A stretch of 64,000 nucleotides of DNA, from the NCBI RefSeq assembly GCF_963921235.1, contig NC_086108.1, positions 35,528,001-35,592,000 of the forward strand, written 5' to 3'. Below the pieces are notes generated by a model. That model was given only the letters and a program-made list of their open reading frames with translations, did no database searches and was not told the DNA's origin. Below are positions 13,091 to 26,108 of the stretch, piece after piece. The stretch comes from Mobula hypostoma. Its lineage: Eukaryota. Every line of letters starts with the position of its first letter. Positions within the stretch are counted from its first letter, which is position 1. Both the position numbers and the translations under genes were made by a program.

Positions 13091-15739
13091 AGTGCATTTA
13101 TGAGGGCTGCGATGGAACTGAGGTTTCTGATGAAGCAGCAGTAAAAGTTTGCAAACCCCATGAAGGGCTGCACCTGTTTGACAGTAGATAGTTTGGGCCA
13201 CTATGACTGCACGAACTTTACACAGGTCCACTTGAACACTGGGAGGCATGACCATATAGCCCAAGAACAACACCAGCTCTTTGTGGAACTCACTCTTTTC
13301 TGGCTTGGCGTAAAGGATGTTCTCAAGGAGCCTTTGTACATGCTGGATGTGTTCCTGGTGGAGCGGCAATAGATAAGAATGTCATCCAAATACACAAAAA
13401 CAAACTGATTCAACATGGCCCAGAGCATATCATTGACTAACGCTTAAAAACCAGCTGGTGTGCTAGCCAGACCAAAAGGCATTACGAGGTTTTCATAGTG
13501 GCCAGTGGAGGTGTTGAATGCTGTCTTCCACTCGTCCCCTTCTTGAAAACAAACCAGGTTGTAAGCCTTGCACAGATCTATCTTGGAGATGTTTAAATGT
13601 AGAGGCAACGAGGGTAAGAGGGAAGCATTACTTCACTTTGATGCTGTTGAGGGGCCAATATTCAATGCAGGAATGGGGCTTGTGATCCTTCTGCTCACAA
13701 AAAGGAAGCCTGCCCCTGTTGGTGACATTGACAGATAGATAAACCCTAAGGTGAATGCCTCCTTGATGGCCAGCGTTTCAGGACAAGAGAGGGAAGACTT
13801 GTACCAGGTAAGAAGTCAACGCCACAGTCATATGTCTGGTGTGGAGGCAAGGAGTTGTCCTTCTCACTGAAGACCTCAAGAAATTCAGCATATTCAGCTG
13901 GAACACCAGACAGGTCCACACTAGCAGTTGGCACAGGAGGGGATGCACTGACAGGGGCTTGGGATGGACTGAGGTAGGGAGGCAGACATGCTGGTCCCCA
14001 CTCTTGGAGTGCCTTTAAGGACCAATCAACCCATGGATTGCGTCGAGATAGCTAAGGAAGGCCAAGCAAGAGCAGCAGTTCAGGCCAATCAACAAGATAG
14101 AAATAGAGCTGTTCCCTGTGGTTGGCTTCTAGCACACGTGGGAAGGGTTCTGTGGAAAGGAGAAGCTTGCCGGTGCCCAGAGTCTGACGATTCAGAGCCG
14201 TGACGTCGATATTTCCATTCAATTGCTGAGCTAGAGCTCTCCGCCTTTGAGCCAGAGGCTCCCAGCTTCTCCGGAGTCAATTAATCCCTGAAGCACATGG
14301 GCCTGGCACCCTCACTATAAGGAAGTTGGGAGCATTACATAATTTAGGTAAGATACTTGCAGGGAGAATCAGCCCGTTAGAACTGCTCTCCCTGCTGATG
14401 GTATCTTTTTTTACTGGACGTTTTGGACAGGCTGCCCAGAAATGCCCTGGATCACCGCAGTGGAGGCAGGAACATGTCCTTCGGCACCAATCTCATTCCT
14501 CCTGCGACAGGTGCATGCACCCCATCTGCGGAGGCTCCTCCATGGACTGGGTGCTGGGTGAAGACGGACAGTGATCTAAAGAGTAGGGAGCTCAAGGCAT
14601 TCTTTCTCTGCGACACTCAGCTGCCCAGCTGTCAGTTTGAGTGGCCAAACTTATTAGGTCATCCAAGCTGTTCCGCTCGTCACGCACCGCCTTCTCATGC
14701 CGGATGCCTGTGCTCAGCCCATGCTGGAAGGCAAGTGATGAGGGATCTCTCGTTCCACCCTGTCATAGTCCCCCACTGTGGGGGACCTTGTTCCCATTGA
14801 GCAATGAACAGGCTAAGTGGGGGTCCGTCTAAAAGATTCAACATGTAAGTCAGTTTACATGCATCTTCACTGAACTGACCTGGCTGGGCCTGGAAAGTGA
14901 GCTCACACTGGGTGTAGCAGTTACTTGAAAACAAACCAAAACCGCTGAGAGACTAAGCCAGGGTACTCAAAACTATATGACGCACTTCCAAATAGCGAAT
15001 TTCCAAATCTAAAAAGGTACGCTCGATCCTTTATCATGAAACAAGCAAAGGCAAACAATCTTGTATCGATAACAAACTAATGAAACTCAATTAGCAATAT
15101 AGTGTTCTTAGCGTTCAAGTCAGCATAACTAAGCGTTCTAATGAGTGAACTGAATGCTAACACAGATCCTGCAGCTTAGAAGCAGTAACTTAACACTGAA
15201 TAAATACTGATCCTTTACAGCATCAATCTAAACAGCAGTCTTCTTTCACGGAACCAAGGCAGAGGTAAGCAGAGTGTTGACATTGCTATACTTCTGGTCA
15301 AGATTCGACAAGACTGGAACAAGAAGAAGGGAGTTAAATACAATCACAATGAAACGCTAAATGGCTGGAATGTGCATACTCACTAGCATGATTGTCAATC
15401 CTGTTCCACAGCCCGCCTTTGAGGGCACCCAGACTCCACGGCAGAGTCTGTGCTTGTGACACTTTCAAAGCATGATTTTCACGTCATTCCATTTGCTGAT
15501 ATCGTTTTGTTTCAGATTATCAGCAGCAGCTTTCTCTTTATATTCCTTTGTAATCTCTAAAGCCAAGGAGAACCTTTAAAAAAAGGCTTCCCTAAAAGCC
15601 TCTATGCTGCACAGAACTCTGTGCAAAACACAGGGTCAGAAACATTGCACAGGAAATACTGGGATTCTCTACAGTAAGTCCTGGAAACTTGTGATGAGAG
15701 AACAAGGTGTAAAGGAGTGGGATTTTCAGGCAAATAGTG

Positions 15740-16330
15740 TTCAAAGTTCAATGTAAGTATTTTATTGAAGTATGTATACATTGTACAACTTTGAGTTTTG
15801 TCTCCTAACAGGCAGCCGCATAGCGAAGAAGTCCATAAAAAAGACCATCAAACACCCAATGTGCAGGGAGGAAAAAAAAAACAAATCATGCAAGCAATAA
15901 AAGTTAGCAAATAGCATTCAGAACAAAAGTGAATCCACAGACATGAAGCCAAACATCACTGAAGCTGGAACATGCCACGGCTGCTGTTCAACACAGAGCC
16001 AATAAGAGTTGCAGAACTGGCCTGACCCGTGCCCCTGGTCCCAACACCCTGCCTTTTTAACCTCGCCCAGTGTTTAAATCATCCAAACATCGATTCGTTC
16101 CTCGATCAAGGACCCGGGCCCAGTCACTTCGATACGCTCTCGGTCTGGACCCCGCTGTCATGTTTTGGGCTGTCCCGACCTTTCCAAATCAGCCTGTTGC
16201 TTATATCAAACAACCTTGGGTCCTTCCTCACTCTCAGTTTGGTGGCTGGGCTGCGCCTCGACTCTGCCTTGCAGCTACACGTCTCGACCGTCGACCCTGC
16301 CTCACCTCCTCTTACCTCTCCATTGTGCTG
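15740..16330 (-). mobile_element. Non-LTR element 3' region (non-coding)
   Basis: Begins with tandem TTCAAAG TTCAATG then TTTATT (AATAAA on the minus strand); same layout as other tailed elements here. Confidence 0.45.
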
Positions 16331-17134
16331 GGAATACAGTCAGTAAGTGAGAAATACTGAATAAAGAGGCATTTTCCATTCAGTTTTGAGAACCATGAAA
16401 TATATTTGCTTTTTTCTTGGTATAATCCTAACATGACTAGATGATCCTATTTTCCAGTAGATTTTTAATATAGCGCCTCTGATTCCCTTATCTGTCAGGA
16501 CCTGCCTCAACTCTCCCTTCTCCGTAGTGCTGATGCCATATACTGTATATACGTACTAGAATGACTCTTTATCAAGCAGTTCTATCATGTGATATCACTA
16601 AAGTAAATGCGATAATTTTGAACATATGAACATTCTCTTTGTAATTAGCATCTGATATATTCTTCACTTTGTTTGGGGAAAATTGTCCAGTAATTAAAAT
16701 CTTTGGATTTCAGAGTACAAACAGGTTTTTTTCTGGTAACTTCAGCTAATTACTCATCTTCCCCAATCTACACTGTTGTAAACTTCATTATAAGAATAAC
16801 ATAGAAAGTCACAAAAAACTTCAAATGCTGGAATCTGAAGCAATAAGCTAAATGTTAGAGGAACTCAGTGGGTCGAACAGAATGTACGGAGGGAAACAGA
16901 AGTTTGACTCCTCATGTAGGCAGGACATGTGCAGCTCATCTTTGTAGCTGTCACCACTATCATTCACCTCTTGTCTCCCTCTGCTGGCAAGCCAGCACAA
17001 TGGCAACCCAAAGAAGACCAGCACAGCAAACTGCAGAACTTATATGTTTCAGTCCTACCCCTTAGATTAAACATCCGTTAACAAGAGTTTACAGCCTATA
17101 AATCATCGCCAGCACAGAATGTAATGGCTTCTTA

Positions 17135-17976
17135 CGCCTGGTCTGAAGTACAGGAGTGAGATATGCCAACTAGTGGAGTGGTGCCACAGCAACAACCTGG
17201 CACTCAACGTCAGTAAGACGAAAGAGCTGATTCTGGACTTCAGGAAGGGTAAGACGAAGGAACACATACCAATCCTCATAGAGGGATCAGAAGTGGAGAG
17301 AGTGATCAGTTTCAAGTTCCTGGGTGTCAAGATCTCTGAGGATCTAACCTGGTCCCAACATATCGATGTAGTTATAAAGAAGGCAAGACAACAGCTATTA
17401 AGCGTTTGAAGAGATTTGGCATGTCAACAAATACACTCAAAAACTTATAGATGTACGTGGAGAGCATTCTGACAGGCTGCATCATTGTCTGGTATGGGCG
17501 GGGGGCTACTGCGCAGGACCGAAAGAAGCTGCAGAAGGTTATAAATCTAGTCAGCTCCATCTTGAGTACTAGCCTACAAAGTACCCAGGACATCTTCAAG
17601 GAGCGGTGTCTCAGAAAGGCAGCATCCATTATTAAGGACCTCCAACACCCAGGGCATGCCCTTTTCTCACTGTTACAATCAGGTAGGAGATACAGAAGCC
17701 TGAAGGCACACACTCAACGATTCAGGGACAGCTTCTTCCCCTCTGCCATCTGATTCCCAAATGGACATTGAACCCTTGGATACTACCTCACTTTTTTAAA
17801 TATACGGCATTTCTGTTTTTTGCACATTTTTTAATCTATTCAATATATGTATACTGTAATAAATTTATTTATTTATTTTCCCTCTCTTCTATATTATGTA
17901 TTGCATTGGACTGCTGCTGCTAAGTTATCAAATTTCACATCACATGCTGGTGATAATAAATCTGATTCCGATTCTG
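17135..17976 (+). mobile_element. Rex1/Babar LINE 3' fragment
   Basis: WCHSNNLALNVSKTKELILDFRK, FKFLGV and HPGHALFSLLQSGRRYRS..RFRDSFFPSAI. Tail AATAAA-TCTGAT-TCCGAT-TCTG. Confidence 0.9.
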
Positions 17977-18694
17977 TTCAATTGCAGAACAAGCTCTTGG
18001 GATTATTCTGCCCACTTATAGAACATATGCCTATTAATTAAGTCACCTATGTCTAATGTAAAAGTAATGCCTCTCTGGACTTCCCTCTGCCACATAGAGA
18101 ATCTTTCTTTGGGAGCAAAAGATGGTGGTGAGACTGAATGATCATTAATTTGAGATGTAGATTTTGCTACAGTCTCACAAGCAGAAGCCAAGGCTTCCAC
18201 TTCTCTGTCTTGACCTGGAAGAACATTTGCAAGTGGTATTCAGACTTGAGCAGGTGAGATGTTGTTTATGTAAGTGAGAGCATGTCTATTTGCCACATGT
18301 TCTGCGCAGGTTATGACTTGTTCTGTGCAGTTGATGACTTCTCCAGAAATCCACAGGCACTTTGGAAAATTGAAATCCTGCACTGCAACCCTTTCCAAAG
18401 GATAGAAATTTGGGATAGGAATGGCTATCCTATCAGGAGCTCTCAATTGCTGCAACTGGTGTTAGGAAATAGTGGAGGACAAATCAGGTCTGAGCGAGGC
18501 CTTACTTCTGCGAGGTTTACATTTTGAAGCCAACTCAATGGGTGAAATGTATCCTGGTAAGCAAATAAAATCTGAGTTTGAGGTTTGTAGAGCTGGACCA
18601 TTCATGGCAGGATGACATGCTGGGGACAAGATATGCCATACCCCATGGGAAGATATCAGATTTACTCACAATCAATTGAACATCGATATCTGTG

Positions 18695-19030
18695 GACAGC
18701 ATGGTCGCGTAGCGGTTTGTACAATCGGTTTACGGCGCCAGCAATCACCACTCGGGATTTGATTCACACCAATATCTATAAGGAGTTTGTATGCTCTCCC
18801 TATTACCGCGTGAGTTTCCTCTGAGTGCTCTAGTTTCCTTTCCTATAAAGAAGACGCACGGTTAGAGTTAGGGTTAGTGAACTGTGTCATGATCTGTTGG
18901 CACTGAAACCATGGTGACACTTGTGGGCTGCCTCCAACACAATCCTTGCTGATTTGATTTCATGCAAACGACGCATTCCACTGTATGTTTTGATGTTTTA
19001 ATGTACATGTGACAACTAAAGCTGATCTCT
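18695..19030 (+). mobile_element. tRNA-derived V-SINE-like element
   Basis: A-box-like GGTCGCGTAGCGGTT, then GTTTGTATGCTCTCCC..GCGTGAGTTTCCTCTGAGTGCTCTAGTTTCCT. Confidence 0.6.
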
Positions 19031-19849
19031 TTAGACCTGTTGGAAGCTTAAAACTGGCATTGAAAATATACTTGGTTCAGATGTGACAGCAGAACCAGCT
19101 CAGCAAACCCATAACTGCCCCATTTGTCAACATCCCTGAATTTTACTTGCCTTAGAAGTAACATAGTGACATAGTCATATTCATCAGTATTGTATTTTAT
19201 AACCAGTATTTCAGATCCCTCCTTCACCTCGGGTGAATATGCTTTCTCCAATTGGCAGGACAGGTGCAACCAAAATATCAGAAAATTCTTTCCTTGGTCT
19301 TTTCCAATTCAGCAGCAAGAGGTCTCTGCAAAGAAAGGGGGCACTGTACATTTGTTAAAGGTTATAAGAACTTACTTTATTTGTGTTACATAAAGAATAA
19401 AATACAGGAAGAAAGAAAAATGATTAACTAAGAAGTAAAAGAGGCAAAATAATAGTTATCAACCAATCACTAAGCCACTCCACACAATATACTGCTGGTG
19501 GGAGCCACAAATGTCTAGGAGCTTTTCCAGTCTCTCTCTTCCTCTCGATCTCCTTGTCTCTAACTCCAGCTCTTAGGACTAGTCAAGGCCTAGTCTAAGA
19601 GAAGTTTCTCCCATGCCCAAAGAAATTGCCCCTTCCTATATCCTTCAAGACCCCTTCAAAAGTCAAACTTTTACCCCAGCACTTTTCCAGCCAAACATGT
19701 TTTTCCCACCATTATCTACTCTCAAGGCTGTAGATTGGTACTCACACTAAGTTCTCAAAACATGGCTGTGGACTGGCTCCCTATACTTTCTCAAAACATT
19801 CTCACATCCCAGACTAATACCATTTTGTCTTACAAAATTGCATTTTGTA

Positions 19850-20200
19850 TTACACATTTCAGCATATACCAAAGAGGAAGCAAATTAAACTCTTTCTTTA
19901 CACCAGGTTCATCAGAAGTGGGCAAGAGTGTTACTTTATGGGAGCTGGTGCCCTTGGGAATCCTTAACCTTAACTCTGGATGCCATGAAGTTCCATAGCT
20001 CCAGACCAAAGAGTGACAAGACAAACTCCTGATCACCACCACCTCCCTCCCTCAGCTGGACAATCACTACTTCTCCCTTCTCAACAGCACTTGATGTAAG
20101 GGCACATAATGTACCCCGTGTGGAGAATTTCAATGTCTATCACTATGCGTGCTTAGAACTGGATGAGTCCTGGAGGTGTGAACCAAAGTGAGAGATAAAT
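19850..20200 (+). mobile_element. Very old LINE AP-endonuclease remnant
   Basis: Frameshifted LLITT..PPS...RAHNV..VENFNVYH (20026-20143) matches the YRPP/GDFN motif spacing. Confidence 0.45.
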
Positions 20201-21519
20201 CTGACTTCATTTTTACTGTGGGGTGACAATGAGAATGCAACACAGGAAATAAGCAGGGCGTGTTTTTAGGCATGAAGCTCTCTGAGTGGGTGGACAAATC
20301 AGTTGTGATCTGGTGTGGTAACTCCTGTGCCTTTGGGATTTTGACAAAGTAACAGTGCATGTCAGAACAGCCAGGACAAGGCACCAAAGTGGGAGTGAGG
20401 AGGTAACTGAGGACTTGTACAGCTTCAAATGGGCTGTACCTAGTAGTTCAGGGTTGGGAAGCTGTAACACATCCTTTATCTCACAACTGGTGTGCGTAAT
20501 GGGAGGGGCGAGGACTGCACAGAGTGAAAGTGATGCACTGAGGTGAATGGAGACTGTGTCACTGGAAGAGTAACCACAGGCAAAAGGAGGCAAAGATGTA
20601 AAGACGCTGCCATCCGTAAACCAGAGTTAGGATGCCAGTAAACACACCCGCACTACTGTGGATGACAGGGGCTTCATTCCTGTGAATGGACAGTTTGCAA
20701 TGCCGGAGGAGAGGGATTGACCCTCAGCTTTCAATATCTCACCCAGGCAACGCGTGCTGGATAACCTGCTGTGGTGAGCACAGCAAGAAAGGATGTCAAG
20801 TAAGTGTGAACTTGACGTGGATTGCTGCTCTGAAGGTGGCAGTAACAGTGCCCTAGGTGAACATGACTGAGAATAAAAAGATGTTGAGTGTAACTGGAAG
20901 CTTATGCAAAGGCAAATGAAGGCAAACATGGGGTTAAATCAGGGGTTGATGGGCTGTGTGGCTCGAAGGGCCTATTCACTGTATCGCATTAAATAAATAA
21001 ATAAATAAATATTCGCGATTCAAGATTGTTTAATGTCATTTCCAGTACACAGGTGTAAGGCGAATGAAATAATTGTTACTTGGGGTCCAATGCAACACAA
21101 ATAAAACAAATAATTAAAAAAAACACAAGAAATATAAAAATATAAGATAGCTTATATATAGATTGATTGTATATCCATAAAGTGATGCTGGGTACAAGTG
21201 AGTGGATGATTGAGGAAGATTAATGTTTAGGGTCAGGGATGAAGAAGGCAATGTGTCTGGGCAGTGAGAAGGGGAAGTTGACATGCCTGGGTGGCAGGAA
21301 GTGGAGAAGATGGAAGGGAGGTCAAGGAGAGGCTGAGGTTGTAAACAATGAGGTCTGAGCATACCAAACTCTGTGTTGCTTTGATATATTGATTCAGTTT
21401 GTACAGGTTTTGAGGATCATATTGAGCCAGAAAGAGTCAGAAAGAAATACAATGCAGAATCAGACCATCTGGTCTTCAAACACCCAGTTTTACCCAGTTT
21501 TAAACTAACCAATCTTATC

Positions 21520-21635
21520 ACTCTTCCTTCAGTTAGTCCTGACGAAGGGTCTCGGCCTGAAACGTCGACTGCGCCTCTTCCTATAGATGCTGCTTGGCCT
21601 GCTGCGTTCACCAGCAACTTTGATGTATGTTGCTT
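21520..21635 (+). mobile_element. Isolated Penelope terminal (pseudo-LTR) fragment
   Basis: Near-identical to the termini of the GIY-YIG-coding copies at 26911 and 34621. Confidence 0.85.
21535..21570 (+). ncRNA. Minimal type-I hammerhead ribozyme motif
   Basis: AGTC / CTGACGA / A GGG TCTCGG CCT / GAAA / CGTC / GACT. Core intact; stem II closes with G-U. Confidence 0.7.
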
Positions 21636-21664
21636 ATCAATCTTAACCTCCTTAGATTGCAATC

Positions 21665-21825
21665 AGACTCCCCAAATCCCCCCTCTAGGTATTCCCCGTC
21701 AATGTGTAGCACCTGGAAGAAGCCCATACATTCACAGGGAGAGCAAGCAAACTCCACACAGACAGCACCAGAGATCAGGCCGCTGGAGCTGTGAGGTAAC
21801 AGTTCTACAAGCTGCACCGCTCTGC
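21665..21825 (-). mobile_element. V-SINE-like element
   Basis: Minus strand: GCCTCACAGCTCCAG-like head, then TGTGTGGAGTTTGC..TCTCCCTGTG..TGGGCTTCTTCCAGGTGCT. Confidence 0.6.
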
Positions 21826-22454
21826 AGCCTCTTTGCCATAGTATTCTGCTTCAAGTTACAGTAATTTAGGACATCCAAAGCCCCACTTCTCTCTATACTT
21901 TCCACATCAGCTCCAAAAACAAATCAACTTTAGTGTAATTTGAAAGAAAAAGAAAATACAGTGGTAGGCATTATTAGGGGTTTTCAAGTCTGCTCAAGAA
22001 CCTGGTGGTGGTGGGGAAGAAGCTATTGTTGAACCCTGACGTGTGGGTCTTCAGGCTCCTGCACTTCCTGCCTGATGGCAGCATTGCCGAACGGGCCTGC
22101 CCTGGGTGTTAAGGGTCACTAGTGATGGATGTCACATCATTTCATTCAGCACTCTATTCAACTGCCTAGTTTCTTCCCCATCCCAAGAGCCAGTCTGGCT
22201 CAAAGATAGCCCCTTTTGCTGTCAAACAAACAATTATGTTCATGGCCAGAAGAATACAATTGAGGATGATTTTGCTCAATCAATTGAATAACGATTTTAC
22301 CTTCCACTGAAATACGTCATGACCTAGTTTGGAAAACATGAAATTAAGCTGCAACAATAGAGCAAGACACATCCAGACAGTAACCACCTTGGTCACAGTT
22401 TTAACGTCGGTCAGTATTTCAATCACAGAGGCCAGGAGGCAATGATCCCATAAA

Positions 22455-23125
22455 AACACAAGCCAGGAGCAGAATTAGGCTGTTCAGCCCATCAAGTCTG
22501 CTCTACCATTCCATCATGGCTGATTCATTATCCCTCTCAACCCCATTTTCCCACATTCTCCCCTTAACCCTTATTAATCAAGAACCTATCTGATGCACCA
22601 TCAATAACTCCAAAAGACTGGAAGTAGAGTAAATACTGAAAGGCTTTTATTCGCAGTAAAATGTGACCTCCAGCATGCTGAGTGTCTGCCCCTGGACTGA
22701 GAGGAGGAGCAGTGGCACAATCGCCTTCATTCAGGGGTCTGTGGGAGGAGCCACAGGAGCAGTCAGCGGAGGGGCGTGTCCAGACAGGTAACCCAGTTAC
22801 AACATATATATGTGGTTTACCACACTATCAACGTCCATTTTGAATGTACCGAATGATATGGCCTCCACAGCTGCCTTTGGCAATGAATTCCACAAATTTA
22901 GTGCCCCCTGGTAAAGAAATTCATGCTCATCTCTACTCTAAAGGGATATCCTTCTATTCTGTGGCTATGCCCTCTGGTCCTATACTCCCTCAATATATGA
23001 AACATCGTCTCAGTGTCCACTCTGTCTAGGCCTTTCACTATTTGATAGATTTCAGTGAGATTCTCTCCCCACTATTCTTCTAAAATCCAATAAATATAGG
23101 CCCAGAGCTATCATATGCTCCTCAA
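22455..23125 (-). mobile_element. Old CR1 3' fragment interrupted by a solo LTR
   Basis: Reverse-complement similarity to 36050-36520 (AGGCCTAGACAGAGT, GAATTCATTGCC, GGGGTTGAGAGGGATAA, TCAGCCATGAT). Confidence 0.75.
22591..22824 (-). mobile_element. Solo LTR (234 bp) with perfect 5-bp TSD
   Basis: TG...CA termini (TGATG/CCACA). CTATC at 22586-22590 and 22825-22829. AATAAA on the minus strand at ~22645. Confidence 0.85.
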
Positions 23126-23189
23126 CCTCCTCAGCACTAGGGGAAGACAAAATCATGTACAATATTCATCATAGTATTCCTGTGCAAGC

Positions 23190-24467
23190 CTACTGTCAAG
23201 GACGTCCCATCTCTCACCACTGCAGTCAAAAGTTCCCATCTGCTTCAAAAGGGCGACAACAATACTAGTGCCCAAGCAGAGCAGTGTGAGCTGCCTCAAC
23301 GACTATCACCCAGTTGCGCTCACATCTACTATGATAGAGTGCTTTGAGAAGTTGGTCATGGCCAGAATCAACTCCGGCCTAAGCAGGGACTTGGACCTGC
23401 TGCATTTTGCCTACCCCGACAATAGGTCTACAGCAGATGCAAACTCACTGGCTCGCAATTCGGCCTTGGATCACCTGGACAACAGCAATTCCTATGTCAG
23501 GCTGCTGTTTATTGATTACAACTAACACCTTCTGGTTTCATCAACAAGCTCCAAAACCTGGGCTTCTGTACGTCACTCCGCAACTGGATCATTGACCCCT
23601 CATTGGAAGACCGCAGTTTGTACTGCTCAGATTTAACATCTCCTCCTTGCTGATTATCAATATTGATGCATATCAAGGATGCGTGCTTAGCCCCCTGCTC
23701 TGCTTTCTTTACACCCACAACTGTGTGGCTTGGCACAGCTCAAATGCCATTTGCCGATGGCACATCTATCATTGGCAGAATTTCAGATGGCAATGAGGAG
23801 GCGTACAGGAATGAGATAGATTAGCTGGTTGACTGGTGTCACGATAACAACCTTGCACTCAATGTCAGTAAGAACAAGGAATTGATTGTGTTCTTTAGGA
23901 GGGGGAAGTCGACGGAACACACACCAGTCCACATTGAGCTTGAGGAGACTCGGCATGTTGCCAAAGACTGTCGTAAATTTCTACGGGGGTACCACGGAGA
24001 GCATTCTAATCGGCTGTATCATCATCTTGTGTGGCACGGCCGCTGCACCAGATAGGGAAAAACATCAGAAAGTTGTAAATTCAGCCAGCTCCACTATGGG
24101 AACTGGCCTTTCCAGCATCAAAAACACCATTAAAAGCCGGCATTCGACATTGAGGACACCCATCACCAAGGACATGTCCTCTTCTCATTGCTATCATCAA
24201 GGAGGAGGGATAAGAGCCTGAAGACACACTCCCAATTTTTCAAGAACATCTTCTTCCCCTCAACCATCAGATTACTGAATGGACAATGAACCCTTGCACA
24301 CCACCTCACTATTATTTTTCTCGTTTGCAGGACTTACTTAATTTAGTTTTTTATATATATTTCTTATTGTAATTCAAAGTTTTTTTTTCATTATTATGTA
24401 TTATGATGTACTGCTACTGGAAAACAACAAATTTGCTCCTGATATTAAACCTGTTTCTGATTCTGAT
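23190..24467 (+). mobile_element. Decayed Rex1/Babar LINE
   Basis: CLNDYHPVALTSTMIECFE, YVRLLFIDY and QGCVLSPLL motifs; tail TCTGAT repeats. Confidence 0.85.
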
Positions 24468-24649
24468 CCTGGCTCATGGTAGGTGGGAATAGGTAAGACA
24501 GAGAGAAGGTACTCACTCAAAGTACCAAAGTGCTGAATGCTAATGGCAATACAATTAAAAGACAATTATCAGCTATTTATTAGAATCATTCTCACCATTT
24601 CAGGGAAAAGGTCTCCAACCTGCCCATCCAGTGATAACTGAATTTAGAA

Positions 24650-24931
24650 TAAGAGTTCTTAACCTGGGGTCCTAGGACCCATGGGGTGGTCTGTGCATAG
24701 AATGCAGGGAGCCCATGAACTTGGATGGGAATTTATGCATTAATAATGGAAAGACATATATCATTATATGACAAATTTGCTTTTTTTATATTTTGATAAC
24801 TGTATTTCAATATAATTGGGTTTTTTTGTAATCCTGTGTACTTTATTTTATATGTTTAAATACATTATTCTGAGAAAGGGTCCAAAGGCTTCACTGGACT
24901 GCCATGACATAAAAAAGGTTAAGAACCCCTG
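24650..24931. mobile_element. hAT/Charlie-type MITE
   Basis: Terminal inverted repeats (TIRs) TAAGAGTTCTTAACCT / AGGTTAAGAACCCCTG. 8-bp TSD ATTTAGAA (24642-24649) vs GTTTAGAA (24932-24939). Confidence 0.75.
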
Positions 24932-25719
24932 GTTTAGAAGAATTCATCCTGCTGTACTTGGTGAAAGGGCAAAGACAGAGTGCAGCCACCAGGGGGAGCC
25001 AGTTTCACTCAGAATGTTGAATGAACTGTCAGCAACACTAGTTCCAGAAGCAGGTCAGTTCTACAGCGGTTAAGAAAACTGTCATACTGAAGGAGGATGA
25101 AACTGAGCACTCAAGGAACTGCAGAGGGTGGATCGGGAGCAACTCAGGGGGAACTCAGCAGGTCAAACATATGTATGGAGGGAAATGCACAATCAACATC
25201 TCGGATCAAAATTCTTCATCTGGATTGTAAAGAGATTAGGCTTTAATGTATGCATGTTTCAACACACTCAACCCTTTAGTCTGAACATGTCAGAATGATG
25301 CCCAATGCCACCACGATTTGGACACTTCAAAGATACTTGATACTTTAGGATTATTAAATAGACTTCCAAGCAGTGTAAGGATATAAGACATGCCAGTTGA
25401 TGTAGGCCAAGAGCCCCTTGTATTGGTTTTGCTTTTCAACAAGGTTTTGGCCATTCTTTTATCTCAGTGCTACTTTCCTTCACTGCATTCACTTTCTTCA
25501 ATTCATTTCATATCTCAAAATCTGTCAAACTCTATCTTGAATTTAAAAATGGGGAAATGATGCAGGACTAGGCCTCAAAGAGGCTGGTCTTTTAAACCTG
25601 TTCTGCAATGGTAAGATCTACTTCAGCTGTACCTTAACACAGAACAAAGAACACAGTACATGGAATAATATAGCACAAAGATTTGTGTTGACATTTTATT
25701 TTTACTTTTTTAAATCTAA

Positions 25720-25975
25720 AGATGCAGCGTAGGATAGGCCCTTGCAGCCCAACAAACCACCTATTTAATCCTGATTAATCACAGGACAACTTACAATGAC
25801 CAATTACTTACAAAATGTACCTTTGGACCGTAGCAGGAACCCAGAGCACCCAGAGGAAATACATGCTCACTGGAGCAGCATAAAAAACTTTCTTAAAGAG
25901 GATGCCAGAAATGAACTTCGAAATCCAATGCCCCGAGCTGTAATGGTGTTGCACTAACCACTACTCTACTGCAAG
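25720..25975 (-). mobile_element. V-SINE-like element
   Basis: Minus strand: GTAGAGTAGTGGTTAGTGC head, ATTTCCTCTGGGTGCTCTGGGTTCCTG..CCAAAG, AATTGGTCATTGTAAGTTGTCC. Confidence 0.6.
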
Positions 25976-26108
25976 ATCAATCCTTTCAGCCTATTCAGAG
26001 ATCAACCTAATCCTTCCCTCCCACATAGCTCATAACTGTCCATTTTGTTTTGTCAATATGCCTATCTAAGAGTCTCTTAGATGTATCCGTCTGTGAAGGA
26101 TGGTATGT

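Larger units (their letters stand above)
9931..15461 (-). mobile_element. Decayed Ty3/Gypsy chromovirus (sushi-like) provirus: gag-PR-RT-RNaseH-IN-chromodomain
   Basis: Gag QCELTFQAQP (14695-14934). Protease LIDSG (~14270-14285). [14 protein letters not shown] (~13370-13410). RNase H NYHVRNQELLAVK..WLEG..VWTDHKNL (11960-12271). Integrase SDQGSQFMSYFWKSFC (10534-10881) and YVGPF. Chromodomain LMDWEGYGP..DILDKSL (~10180-10252). Many stops and frameshifts. Confidence 0.9.

Noticed and set aside
14695..14934. Domesticated PEG10/RTL1-like gene
   Set aside because: Gag and pol are full of stops and frameshifts and are disrupted by two insertions.
16815..17090. Additional hammerheads in very old Penelope-like termini (also ~25110-25225)
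   Set aside because: Flanking motifs are recognisable but the catalytic core is too decayed to call.
20213..20929. Cluster of short ORFs in moderately GC-rich sequence
   Set aside because: No recognisable domain or consistent frame; possibly an old element, but unsupported.
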